Shown here: positions 38,601 through 53,600 of the stretch, piece after piece
Numbering within the stretch: the stretch's first letter is position 1
Layout of the letters: each line of letters starts with the position of its first letter
Source of the DNA: Owenia fusiformis
Lineage: Eukaryota
Assembly (NCBI GenBank): GCA_903813345.2
Contig: CAIIXF020000001.1
Coordinates: 26,164,001 to 26,228,000 of the forward strand
Direction: 5' to 3'
DNA: 64,000 bases
Made by a program: the position numbers and the translations under genes
Notes under the pieces: model-generated
Seen by the model: the letters and a program-made list of their open reading frames with translations, nothing else
What the model was told of the DNA's origin: nothing
The model's database searches: none

Positions 38601-41600
38601 TTTGGTCTGAAGCAGGGATAACGCTCAATTAGACCGATTCAATAAAATCCAAGTCTCGATTTGGGGAAAGAAGTTCATCAGTTTACTGCACTTATATTTT
38701 TTTGTGAAAAATCTAGAAATAATACCCAAATTTAATTATGACTATTCAAAAGAAGACATTTAAATCTATATTATGTAAAAAAAATCAAATTTGTCCGAAG
38801 CAGGGATAATGCTCATTTAGATTGATGAACTTCGTTCTCCAAACCTAAAATCGTCCTTTGTATGCATCCGTTCTAGTTGATGGTTGTATGAACTTAGAAG
38901 GATTATACAACCTAGTGTTGGTATTGATCTGTTGGCGGAAGTATGGAGGCACGTCGATGGCTGCTAGGTTCTGCTTTCCTTTGTAGAAAAGGAAAACTCT
39001 AGCAGCCTCTCGACACTCCTTCAGTGGCTCCCACTGTAGGTCTTGAAGAGCTTAGGTGATGCAGCCTAGTTTCCTTGATTGACATTTGGTTACAAACCTG
39101 GCTGCTCTTCTCTGTACCTGTTCCAACATATAAATATCTTTTTGTCGGTATGGATCCCATGCCGAACTGGTGTAATTGTGAATGATAGGGGATTTACCTT
39201 TGTGAATATTTAGCACATAGCATTTTTGATATAAACCAGGAAACAGAGTGGTCCAAGAACTGTTGTTGAGGAACTCCTGATTTTACTGGAGTTTTTTAAC
39301 TTGATTCACCATCGAGCACTACCTGTTGTGATCTTCCCACATGCCAGGATCTGAACCAGTTCAAGTTACATTACATGTTTGAATAAATGAATGTCCCCAG
39401 TCTAGCTTCTTCGAAAGTTATTTCTAGTGCAAAGGGTTTTACATTGACGTGTGGGGCTAGGTCAGAATGGGGTAACTTACTAACTTCAGCTCTTATTTGT
39501 GAGAAATTAGAATTTCCATTTCCCGTCATGTTTGATTTTGAAAAAATAAAAATCTCATGAGATCTCGATCCACACAAGTAAAATGCCTTCTACCTCGTAT
39601 ATTAGAGCAATTAAACAACAAAGTGTCAAAGTTACCTCGTATGTCAAAGTTACCCCAAATTGATACGAAATGGTGCTGACGTTACGTTATACCCCTTTGC
39701 CCTATATTCTGACCTTGACATGAAGCGTTATTTGTATTAATTTATTTATTATTTTACTTTAGATTTATTGCTATCAATGAACAGAATTATGATTTAGTAC
39801 AATAACGTCATTTTGAAGGACAATATAGTGGCCCTCGGTCCAATATTTCACTATATTGCCCGCAGAAATGACGTTATTAGTATTATTACCACCGTTAATG
39901 ATCAGGACTGAGACAGTAAGAAAATCAGACGTACTGAACGATATCTAATTTTATGGGGAAAATTGCCGGTCAAGAATTGCATTCTCGTCCGGCAGTATTG
40001 ACCGCCATTATGACGTCACATATTGCTCAGGTCGATTTTAACTTAAGCACTAAAACCCCTAGAACTGGCCCAGCAAGGTGGTAATAATAGACAACAGTGT
40101 CATGAGCCATAATTAGGCATGAGTACGCTAAAATGATATAATATTGGTAAATGGATCTTGTATTATGGGGGCATATTTCACATGCAATTACATGTGCAAG
40201 TAATGTTTGGTTGATTTGAGATTTTAATGGTACATTATTATAAAACAGACAAACATTAGTTGTGCCATAAGCTATCTGATTTAAGGTAACATTTTATCTA
40301 AATTCGAACTAATGCTTCATTTACACATGATATTCCAACATGCTTGCAAGAGAAGTAAAGTTATCTCCAAAACTTGTGCTAAAATTGATACTACAACATC
40401 AGGAGATCACCCCTCATACTTTCCCTATCAACACCTGTGAATTATCTCGCAATAAAGCAATATACTCATCATCACTGCCGCTTCCTTTATGGTGTTGGTA
40501 GATCTATGTGCTTAAAGCCTCTGGTCATATCTGTAGAATATACAGATGCTATCTAATAATGGAATAGAGTAACATTGGCTTGTATTATGTATAGACATGA
40601 GATACTTTGTTTTCAAAAAAATTTGAATTGTTCATTTTATTTGAGTTTTTTTATACTTGTTAAGCAGTATTCGAATCAAACATGGTTGGAATTTCATTAA
40701 ATGTCACAGTTTTAGCTTTTTAGATTCATTAGGTTTATTTGTTTTGACAGGATACATAATGTTTATCCTGTTGTATCTACAATCTACCTAATAAATAAGG
40801 TCCAATGTGGCATTTATGGAAAATTAACCAGGATTCTTTAATTTTTACATCTATTTTGACAGAAACATATGTTTCATTTCAAACAATTATGATGTTATGA
40901 GGATATAAGAAAAGTTACATTCATACTTAGGCTAGGCAAAGCTAATTACCTGGTTCTGATTCAATCAGTTATTCCATGGGCACTATTTTTCACCTTTGTT
41001 CTCTACCTAATCTATTGATCATTAGTTAAATTAGCTCATTGCTTAGATTAAAATCTCATTTGTTTCACAATCACAGAAACCAAGAAATGGTGTTCCGAAA
41101 TATTCAATTTCTTTTTATTCGTGTATGTCTAAAGTTTGCTGTTCATCTTAGTTAAAGGATGTATTTTTGTTTTTTCTACTATAGTAGTTAACAGTACATG
41201 TACTATTTTTGATATGTTATGAAAAAGAAGAGCATTTGAACCAAAATTTAACTTTCCTTAGCCTTTTCAAAAACAAAATACATGCAGATGCTAAACAATT
41301 CTAATTTTTTAAATCCTTACACTACCTCTTAGTAGCCTCTTTATTTCAAGAAGTCTGACATCTTGTTTATGTTTTTAAGAATTTAAATGTTTCTTCACCT
41401 AAAAATCTTTTATAACTTTCCCATTTTATAAGCAAGATATGTAAACCATAGAAATTTTCTGATATGAAATATATCATTTGGTTCACTCAATAAATTGATT
41501 TGAGTCTATCACCTCTCTATGATCTTCTCTATAATGAAATTCTCAACCCTTAGAGAGAACCTGGCTGCCTCATCGTGATATTGGTCTGTCTGATATTTAC

Positions 41601-44600
41601 TCACAATCAAAGCTGCATGTATTGCTATTGACATTTCTCTAAAATGGAGAAAAGTAAACATATCCAGCTAAGGTGTTTGATTAGAATTGTTAAAATCTAT
41701 ATAACAGCAAAAAGGGAGAAAAGTAAATACATCGAACTCATTTGTTCGATTAGACTTGTTAAAATCTAAATATCTGCATCAAAAAGTTCTATAAAATCGC
41801 CTGTAATAGTTGGAGGGCAATGTGACTAGTTAATGGAGATAAGGGTAAGATTGTTACATCTCACTTTGAGCTTGTATTATCTTGTCTTGTGTTTGTTGAA
41901 CAAACAGCAACATGTAAACTACAAGAACACATAATCTAATTAACACATCAAGGAGAATTCTTGATTATGTTTGCAATGATACCATTGATATGTACCTCCC
42001 ATTGATCCTGTTTGATCTACCCTAGTTATTCACCTTTCCTTAAAGTCGGCTCATGTATATTATAACCATCATGATAAACCATGCCATCTCAAATCTTCTC
42101 AGCCCTGAGATGCCATGATATAATGAGCTTGATTTGGCGATCCAGGAGAGCCCAAAATTGAGGATTTTTGAGATCTTTCATCCCAGCTCATATTTCATCT
42201 AATTGGGGTCATTAAACTTGTGTAACTGTGCCTGTTGTAATATCTGCTGTTAAATACAATGCCTATTATGTAGTGTATTGACACTAGGTTGATGATTACA
42301 TGATAACAATCACACTTATTGACAGTTATAACTTTTCCCATCTGATTTGCTCAGATCACAGAATATGCCTCATAATATCAGAGCATGTTTCAGGTGAAAC
42401 AGAAAGATGCTATGAGTATCAGAATGATTATAACGAGCAGCTTAAAAATCTGTGACGTCCGGTCAATGATTGAAACTTTTTCCGTGAAAGAACAAATGCA
42501 ATGTAAATACTCAGTTAATTGCTACAAATGGGTAAATTATCAGAAAGTTACTGACGATTTTTCATCAAACATCAACTTGACATATATTTACACCTTCTAC
42601 GGAATATGATTATTAGATTTCCGTGCAAAATTAGGAGAATATTGAAGAGATTCACTGTTGGTCAGTAACCAGTCAAGACGGTGACTCACTCATTTGCATA
42701 CAGCCAATCAGCGCAGCAGAAATTATCGATTTTCTTGACTTTGTGGAAAGGTGAATTACTCTTACCGTATTATCTCTATTAAACGCACACTCTCTAATAA
42801 ACGCACACCCGACTTTTTGTCCCAGGTTAGAAAGTCCTGTCCAGATAATATTGAGATCTGACGAAGCTCTAAATAAAAAAAACATTGTGGGCGATAATGG
42901 AGTATTTTCACCGTTCGTTAAAATAATGCATCATGATTCATGACGTCACGATTTCCCATCATGCAACGTAAGAAATTTCTTCAGGTGTTCGTGTAAATAA
43001 CACACAATAATGTATTTATATACTAAATTTGTCGTCTAGGAGCTCACAATTCAAGGTAAAAACATAACATATAGCATATTCTCTCTAATAAACGCACATA
43101 TCTACTATATTTGATCGATTTAAGGTATAGAAGTAAATTTTCACCTATTATCGCCCACCATCATAATTTTTTAGAATTCCCGGGGATTTAGCTGCTTGAA
43201 ACCTCTCCCCCACGGGAATTTGCTAAGCGCACTGTGCGTTTAATAGAGATAATACGGTATGTAATCTTCAACAAATCTAAAACAAAATGCTAACAAAAAG
43301 TGTACATGTACTATATATACTGTATGTGATATAAAAGAAGAGATGGAAAGCCAGAACTACATGTACGATTTATATTGAACCATAATGTTATCTTTGTTGT
43401 TTCAGAGACGAGGTGGTATATCATACGACCGAACAGATGAGAGGGCCATCTATGTCAGAATGTTAGGTTAGTCCTTTTAGCACTTATTTGTTATTTCTTA
43501 CCATTGTTGTAAAGTAACCTTTACCTACAACAGTTGCAGAAATACTTTTTATACTGCTATACCTAATGCACACTACTTGCTATTATATTATTTGGACCCA
43601 TTTCAATGCAAACTTGTATTGAGCTACTTTATTCAAAATGGTCACTCAAACAGCTTAGCATTGCAGGTATAGGAAAATATCCCATATACATGTATATTGA
43701 GAACATATGAATCTAGACAGAATATATAGTACAGTTCATACATGATGTATTATGCTTTTTAAGATTCCCCAGATTTTTAAGCAATCTAAATCACAAAATC
43801 TTGAATATATTTTCTTTTGAATTTGCAAAGAATACGAAAAAACCCTCAGTGCCACTCACCCAATGATTTCATGATGAACTAATTCTGTTGATCAACAGAT
43901 TCATATGCCCTATAGACTAGATGCGAGTAGAAATAATCTTGATTTGCGTCATTAAATATTCAAAATTCAGTCAAACTGATGTCATATTTGAAATCAGCAG
44001 TTTTCTAGTTTGGGGAGATTACCCATAGGCCCCATGTTATAAAATCACAAAAAGTGAAATATCTTTTCTTGTATTGGACGGATAGCATTTTCTTTTACAG
44101 GACATATTTTAATTTGCATAACTATTAGATACATAAGGGTATTTGTGTGACCTGAAAGTTCTATATTAAATTAATTACGCAATTTTGTTTTTATACCCAC
44201 ACGCTAAATAAAACAATGACACCATCAGAAGTATATTCGATCTTTGTCTTTGCTTTAATGGTCTTTAATATACTGAGTATAATCAAGAAAAGCTTGTACA
44301 ATTAACAATAAAATTCGGAAACGAGTACTATAGATTTGCTTTTGGACACTGAACCGATTGACCTTGATAATAGCGACATGTCTTCTTTGGTCAACTGTTT
44401 TCAACTTTACTCTATAATGTAATTTGAAGATGAGTAATTTTATTCTGTTGTTGCATCGATGTTGCAGTCTGTAGTGCGGTAAGATTGGAACGAAAATGTT
44501 GAAAGTCGATTGAAATTATTTTTTTTCAATATGGCGACTCATCAACTGATCATGTGACCTTTTCTTCTTAAAAAAAAATCTGTTATATAAAGATAAATAG

Positions 44601-47600
44601 GAGATCAATCATTTCTGATGATTTTTTCTGTACTCCTGTACAGGAATATGAACAAATATATCAATTGAAAAATAGGTGTGAAAATCCCCATGTTAAACCT
44701 ATGGGGGAAAACAAGGAAGTGTGAACTTTCTACTATACCCGCCATGCTATCTGACCTGAACAAGTCACCTGGTGGTGAAACTGGTAACTACCTACTTGCA
44801 TCCGAGTTTTATTGTATTATAGATCATACTTATTCATGTTATCTTGATAATTTGACCTACTTTTGCAATATGACCCATTTTTTCAACTTGACATATTTTT
44901 TAATTTTCCAACGAAATATGACAAAAAATGATGAACATGAAAAGATGTTTTCAAAAAGTATACCCTTCATCTGATGCATGAATAACCTTATTGAATCAAT
45001 AAGTAAATCCATTGAATGGTACCATTTTTCTAGTATAACTGCACAGTAAATGCTAGGATTGGACCCACGTTGCGATATATACAATTAAGCTGCTTTGTTT
45101 CATTTAATTTGATGACTGTGCTACTGTGCAGTCGTTCATTAACCTTGATTATTATTATGATATATGCTTCTTAATACTTATTAACCTACATATTTAATGT
45201 AATATCTCCATTCATTCCATAATACTACCATTTTTCCAGGGAAATATGAAGGAATATAAAATCATATTGAAACGTATTACACAAAAAATCATATTTCTTC
45301 GGGAAAAAAATTGTATTGGAGCGTATTACATGAAAAAATCATATTGTCCCCGGGAAAAAATCATATTGGAGCATATTAACCTATTTTGGTTTCCCTGTTA
45401 TTTTTTCCTGGTTATTTGCATTATCCAAATGTAGCATTTTAGAGGTGTGTATTATGGAATAAATAGGTTATTTCTGGTCGGGATTGAATATGGGTTTTAT
45501 TCATCGGAAAATATGATATTGACCTTGGGCTATATGATATTGACCGAGGGAGCGCAGCGACAGAGTGTCAATATCATATTACCCTTCAGTCAATATCATA
45601 TTGTCCCTCGGAATAAAACCCATATTCAATCCCTCCCAGTAAATAACCAATATATAAAGGTGTGATATGCATGATCCTTGAATGAAACCTGTTGTTTGAT
45701 TTTTCTTCTTTAAAGTCCCCGTCTAAAGTTTGAAAATATTTTTTTATCATTCATTTACTATTTGTCAGGATTTAAAAAGTGGTTTTAGAGATTTCTGAAC
45801 AAAACAAATTTTTGAAAAAAAAGTTGTGAGCATTTCATTTCTCAAATATTCAAATTTCCCGCCATTTTTCAAAAAAAGTTGAAATTTCTTAATCATCAAA
45901 TATTTCTTAATGCATTTCAAAAAAGATTATCTTTTTAACACCAATGCAAAGATTGAACAAAGGACACACTATTTCAATAATAAAATGCCATATTTAATGG
46001 GCCACTTCAATGTTTTAGCATATCAAAAATATTTTGAAACATTAGTGATGTCACTAAGGTACCAAAAACTTTTTGAAAAAAATTGAAATTTTTTTTTCGA
46101 TGTCAATCTTTTCCAAATATGTTAGACTTTCATAAAAAAACAATGTTGATTGTCTAACCAGGTCAAAAGGAAGAATAAATTATGTTTTAGATATCATTGT
46201 ACCATTGGTTTCTATGAGAACTAAAATTTTGAAATGCATTTTTCTCAGAACCATTTTCATGCACTGATAAGTTCATTTCTCGCTTATTTATGAACCGATT
46301 TTCTTAATTTTTTCGGCAAAAAACATGGGAGGATGAATGCTATACATTGGTATGAATTGTGGCTAATTAGAAGATATGAGTGACCTCTAAAAGTTGGTTT
46401 TGAATAAATTCACAAATTTTGGAACAAAAAGTCTATCAAAAATCACTTTTTGAAATTAAAAAAAAAAGTTTCACATATCACACTTTGATAACATTGGGTA
46501 AGACTACAATATAAGCCAAAGTGGTTTAAACTTTATATGGGGCCTTTAAAAGAAAGCTCTATATATCATGAAGGTGAAATTGGAGCGACCGAAACCTAAT
46601 ATGTCTCAAGATGTGATTGAGCTAGTCTTTTCTTTTTTACTATTACAAAAATCAAAAAAATGTCAGAAAATTTTGGTAATAGGATTGGGTTGGGCGAAAG
46701 ACAAGGAAAGTACATGTGTACTCAATGTTAAAGTATGAAGGTAGCTTTGATTGTTTTACTTTAATACTTAAAATGCTAAACTTAAACTACTGGATCACTA
46801 TTGTTACAGTGCAATCTTCAAAAGTGTCAATCAGCTCCTCAACAGTGGAGCGTTCTATACAAGAAAAATGCTAGCACCACTCAATTTTTTGATGAATGGT
46901 CCTCCTTGACACATCTTTAATCGCTATCATGTTGCTCTGCACCTGCATTTTGATTATAATTATGAGAGGATACAATAACTCTGATATTACTAACACTAGT
47001 TTTCCTTGTAATAATCAATTGTCCTTTGAGTTTTATTCTCTCAACTATGAAGCTGTATCTTTATTGATAATCAATCAGTTAATTGTTGTCAAGCCTCAGT
47101 TTACCTGTGCTAGTGTAGAGAAGAGAATGATAACATCTGTAGTGATGCGTAATAACAGGCCTCTAGCTTGCTCTAAGGATTACATTGCAGATATATTGCC
47201 ATCTTCAAGTAGTACAACTAATATTATTCATACAGTCTCTTTGTGTCTTCTCATTCTAATCACATCTCTAATTTATTTGTACATATTAAGGGACTATACC
47301 AATATGCCTTACAGATTGTTGTGTATGACGATATTATATAATTCATTTAGTGGCATATTGTTCAGTAATTTTCCACATCAGACAACAATAGGTAAGGTTA
47401 CCTAACTGTAATGAAGTCCAAAGATAAAATACCTGGGATTTAGAATCTCTTCTTTGATAATGGGGCATCAAAGTTCCATCAATGATCACTGTTGAATCCT
47501 GAAAATCTTGAAAGTAATGGGAATTGAGCGGGGGACATTGCACTTTTGTGTTTGAAAATTTTATGAAGAATTCAATGATGGTCTTACTTGAACAAAGATC

Positions 47601-50600
47601 AACAGTCAGCATGCAGGTATTCACCACATGCACTACTCGAAGTCTCAGGAGGTCATAGTGCATCATAGTTATGCTATGTCAGGGTCATGTTTAAAGGTCA
47701 AGGTCATAAGAAATGCCATAGGCATATACAGTATGAGAGTTATCACCATATTTTATGATATTAAATGAATGAAAGGTCAATGTCAGATTTATTAAGAGGT
47801 CTTATAAGTAAGTACAATAGAAGCCTAAAACGTGAGTTTATTGTACCCGGATTTTGGCCTCAATTGGCAACTTGAAAAATTTCTATCTTTCAAAATTGGG
47901 GTTTACCAAAATGGACATTGTAATATAAAATATAACACATGTACATGTCATTCAATACAGGGCAAAGGTTTTTATACTTAAGCTTAATATCTGTCACTTT
48001 AATGACCACTTAATAACTTTATCCTTCATGTTCTTATAGCAATTCATGCAGCAATTCAGCAGTTTTTGTATTTACTTTTTGCAAGTTTTCATTAACCTTT
48101 ATTAGCATGCTGACTTATTTCAGCAAATATATCCCACGCGACTGACTTATTTTTCAAAGAGTGCAAAAAATGATGTACCTAGACTTAATAATTAATATCT
48201 CAATAATTACTGAATGAATCTGGATAAAAAAATTTACAAAGGGAAGATACACTGGCCTGGCTCATGAAAAAAAATTTCTCATGAATTTTTTCGTATATAA
48301 ACACGACTGGGCATAAATATACCATGAATACTCCTCCGGAACCCGCCGCTTCACCGCTGGGGAGATTCAATGTCTGGTCAGAATCCAAAACTGAATTTGC
48401 AGCGATCGAATGTTCAGCTTTTCAGTTCAGAAAATCGCAATCCATTTCCTCCACATTTTCGTTGTGATCGTATTTGGCCGCCATTTTGTACGATTTATTC
48501 ACATACGACTAAAACACTGTTTAAATTGTTGAATTGAGAAATATTTTTCGAAAAATCGAAAATTCTAAGTCAACAGGAAGTCACGTAAGGACTGAATAAA
48601 TCGGGCAATCTAATTGGATCATAAGAATGGCGGGAAAAAGTAAATTTTTGGAAAGTTTAAACTGAGTCGACCAGAGTCGCCGGCAGTTGCCGGGGATCGT
48701 TAAGCATGGGCGACTCCTGTCGTCGGTAGCATGCTAAAGGTTAATGCATGCCTAAGGATTTGGAAATGATGATGAAGCTATCAGGGGAATCAAGAGAAAG
48801 CTTGCTTTAACTGCATTAAGCATATCGCTATAACCTTATAAATCCATTTGTGTTAAAGTAATCACATTTTCATATTTATCATATTATCGGCTGAATGAAT
48901 AATTGACATACAGTAGATTGTAGATGGTATTCAGTATTATTCTATATATTTTAATTATTCATGCATTGGTAAACAATCGGTGTATTAGTTGTAATAAGTT
49001 TTGTATGAGTGAGGTCCTGGAATCTATTGTTCTATAGATGAACAAATATAGCCAAGCAGCAGCTTGATATTAGAACACAATTCCCACATTGAGTCAACTT
49101 CAAGCTTAGTGCTTATCTATATAGTGTTCAGGAGGCAACAGTAAATAAATAATTTGTTTACATTCCAATATTTTTAAGATATGATTAACCTTTTAATTTA
49201 GTATTCCACATGACAAGATGGAAGAGCAAGCAGAACAGTTAATCAAGTACATGTATGAGGAGAAAACTGTTCATCCGTTTGATTTTTTTATCATATTGGT
49301 AAGGTTTTTGTTGTGTCAGATAAACTGGAAGGTGGTCATTTTGGATTTTTTCAATATTATCATCATGATATATGAAAGCCATATTCAAGACTCTTTGCCT
49401 TGTTCCTTCTTTTGCTCAAATATTCATGAAAAGATCAAGATGAATAAATGAGGAATCCTGTCTTTATTTCTAACTACTAACTAAATTATTCCATACATAA
49501 TTCCTTTTATTTCAAACTAATTTATTTCATATATAATTCCTCTTTATTTGAAACTACTGGTTGATTATTTCACATATAATTCAAACCAATAAGAAATGCT
49601 TGTACAGTGCTGATATATAATAATTAAGGGTGCGTTTTCAAACTAAACAGGGTGCTCCTACCAAAATGAATTTGCCTACATACCCCCGAGACTCTTATCT
49701 GATAGATAGAATGCACAAATAAAACAAAAGTTTTGCTATTATAGGTAAAAAGTTCTCTTGAAATTTCGAAGTGATTTTACCTGTTAATTCTGTCCATGGT
49801 CAGCCATTTTTGCGGAAGTTACACTGAAACGGAAACTCCATGAAACGAAACGAAATCACTAGAAAAAATATGGCACACATTGTGCGCATGTGCAGCAAAG
49901 TTTAAACCAATCATATTATTTGATTTTTTTGCGCACGTGAATTATTTGCTTCTGAGCACTTACAAGCTTACCACAATAAACAAACCTGGCAGAGACTACC
50001 CTTAGCCTACTTCATTTTGGGGAAATTTCAGCTCAAACTCGTGACAAATGCATAATGCATACGCTGGTGTGAAGCCTTGGAGACACTAATTTTGGTAAAT
50101 ATGATTTATGGTGTATACTTTTCTGCAGTTTGTGGGAGTTTGGGACATTAAATGTTAAAATTCAAGAAAATATGCCAATTAAACGACTGATCAATTAATA
50201 TATACCAGCACTGTAGTATGCATTCTTTTCAGTAGTAGAAAAGATCTAGCCTTTCATAAATAAGTGCAATTGGATGTTGAGCACTATTTAACTTTATTTG
50301 GCCTGATAATTTTTATGATACTCATATCAGAATAAATACACAAATAATCAGGATTATGTCATATATACTGAATATGTGTATAAATGCTTCGGGATCTGTA
50401 TTGATGTCAATTTGAAAAGGTTTTGAAAATCTTTAAAATTAAGTCAAAAGATAAATACATATATCTGAATTTGCTAGGTTAATAACAGCCAGTTCTTGCT
50501 CAGTCAGTATTTCGGTATATTAACTTGGCTCTGTTCTGCTCTCCTCTCTGATGGGTTGAATATGTTACCTTGATAGGTTTTAATGATTTATTGGTCAACC

Positions 50601-53600
50601 ATTTGTAGCGGGGGAGAGAGGATGTCAAATGAACTAAGCATATTTTCTTCTACATTCTAATATCAGGACTCATTGTTACTGCCACTTTTTTTATGACCCA
50701 CATTGGCTGTCGTTAAATGGTTCTGTAACAATTTCTATACTTTTGTGACTATTTGCAGGTTGTGATATTTTGTCATGTTATGCCTTGTTATATGCCGATG
50801 TAAAACGTACAGATTGTTATCAATTGGGTATTTGCATTACTTGAATAAATACTTTTTATGCCAACCAATGTATTATTGTCATAAATAAGCACATTGCAAA
50901 ATGATATATGCTCAGGAGTTGTGAAGTGGGGATGTTGACTTTTAATAAATGGGTATTGCACGTAAAGGAAACAGGTAAAATGTATTGCTTTGAAGGATGT
51001 GAACCCTCGTTTTATGTTCATGACGTCTTTTCTGACCTCAAGTCAAAGTTAACAAGCGTTCCTGAAAGGTTCTTAAACATGCTTCATAAAAAAGTATTTG
51101 ATTAGTTGTTGATGGGAAGTTTTTCAAAAATGCCCTTGGATGATTTATTGACTTGAGTTGTAGTTCAGGTGTATATGCAATTCAATGGAATCAGTAGCCA
51201 TATGTAGTGATTATTTTGATCTATTGATCTCAAGTCATGATTGAATACAAGTTCATGTTTAATTAGGTGAAATAAAAAAATGCGTGTATATTTTAAGTCA
51301 TCCTCATAAAGCATGTTTGTATTTCGTCAATATTGAACCCCTTGTTACTATTGAATTACCCCCTTGTTACTGTTAAATTATTTAGTTGTTACTGTTGAAT
51401 CTGTCTTGTTACTGTTAAATCACTCTTTTGATATTTCAATCAATAATTGAATCCCTCTTGTTACTGTTGAATCCTCTCTTCATATTTTTGTTGGTCTCTA
51501 CATTTATTAACACAAGTACATGTTGCGTTGTGTTTTGGTTTATGACATTTATGGCTGGCGGATATTGAAAGAAAGGGGCTAAGGGGGGTATGCCACCTCC
51601 TAGGTATGTTTTAGCCAATGACAAGTTTTGTATCATACTCATACTAAAAAAGTTAGATCTCATTTTTCTTTTTTGTTAAATTATATTTTAATTGTGCTTT
51701 CAGGAGATGTTAAACAAGGGCGACTACTCAAGAAACTAACACTGAAGGAACGTAGATGTTCATATTTTGAAGGAGACACAAAGATTCTCGATAGTAAGTC
51801 ATTTTGAAATATCAATGTGGTGAGTTTTTGCATGTTAATGCCTTGTTCGATTGTCAAGTATGGTAGACAAGGTTTCAAGGGAGGCAGAATAAGGCAGGAG
51901 TAAATAGTAGACTGCTGCTCCTAAAGTCCAGTCATCACCCTGAGGTGAATAAAAGCAATAGAGTTGTTATGAATAGTGGCTATCGGTCAGTGGTAAACAT
52001 ATAATAAACTTTGATGAACTGATGAATAAAATATTTTTTCTCTATGTTTGTGAAATGCTAAGGTGAAGTAGATCTTAAACATTAAGAAAAATCACTTAAA
52101 TAGATATATTTATGAATTATAAATATATGAACATACATGTGTTATTTGTAATTTGTTATTCATAACAAGATAAAAAAATTGTAAAATGTTGATGAGGTGT
52201 CAATGTCATAAAAAGTGCTCTAAAAGAAGTATATCATTAAATTACAATGCATGTCTTCTAAAAGAAGTACTTCATTAAGTTACAACGGAGTGCATGTCTT
52301 CTAAAAAAGTATGTAATTAAATTACAATGCATGTCTTCTAAAAGAAGTACATCATTAAATTAGAATGGGGTGCATGTCTTCTAAAAGAAGTACTTCATTA
52401 AATTACAATGGAGTGGATGTCTTCTAAAAAAGTATGTCATTAAATTAGAATGGGTTGCATGTCTTCTAAAAATTAGAATGGGGTGCATGTCTTCTAAAAG
52501 AAGTATATCATTAAATTACAATGCATGTCTTCTAAAAGAAGTACTTCATTAAATTAGAATGGGGTGCATGTCTTCTTAAAGAAGCATGTCATTAAATTAA
52601 GATGGAGTGGATGTCTTCTAAAAAAAGTATGTCATTAAGATAGAATAGGGTACATGTCTTCTAAAAGAAGTACTTCATTAAATTAGAATAGGGTGCATGT
52701 CTTTATTAAATTAGAATGGGGTGTTTGTCCTCTGACAGAAATACAATATTAAATTGAAATAGGGTGCATTTCCTCTAAAAAGTAGCAGATCATTAAGTTA
52801 AAATGGGGTGCATGCCCTCTAAACGTACATCATTAAATTGAAATGGGGTGCCTGCCCTCTAAAAGAAGGATGTCATTAAAATCATCAAATAGAATGTGAT
52901 TAATCTATAGCTTCCCATGAAGCTGTTCAGGGCAGGGGGCTATTGTGAGGATCTGAGCCATCTCCCTCCTGGTATATAATACAAGCAGGGGATTCATTTC
53001 ATTTTGAGGTAATTATTGAAGACGTAGGTTACTTAACATGACGCACTATTATTTATGACAATGTGGCTTTAATTGGATGAATTGGCATGCTGTGACCATA
53101 CTAAGAACATCTCTGTATATGTTAACCACACATAACAGAGAATGCGTCAGGAAGTAAGACACATATTCAGATACAGCTTGCTTTGTAAAAACAAGCTTCT
53201 TAAAATGGAGTTGGAAAGAAAAAAACATTTGAGAGGTATACAAATGAATATAAAGTCAGAAGATTTGTATTTTTATCTTCGGGAGAGGCTTCAACATAAT
53301 GGATTGATGTCTCAAAGCATGTTAAGTAACATGTAGTGTTAAGTAACATGTAAAGTTAAATATGAATATAGTATTTCAAAATGATTCTTGCCATTTCTTG
53401 CCACTTTGTGTTGAACATGTAGTTTACTTTGTATTTTCAGTGCTCAGTTTGGATAATTACACAGCACATTATGATGAGAAGTTTCACAGTTTACGAAGTG
53501 CCACGTTGAGGAAACGTACCTCACTTGATCAGTTGACATCTGAGACAAGCACTGTGGTCAATGATGGCTACAACAAACAAGCCAAGGTTAGTAATCGTCC

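Noticed and set aside
49218-49298. ATG frame ending at donor TTG|GTAAGG in PDE7 intron 2
   Set aside because: Phase 0 is incompatible with the next exon (51704, phase 1), and the phase-1 frame has a stop.
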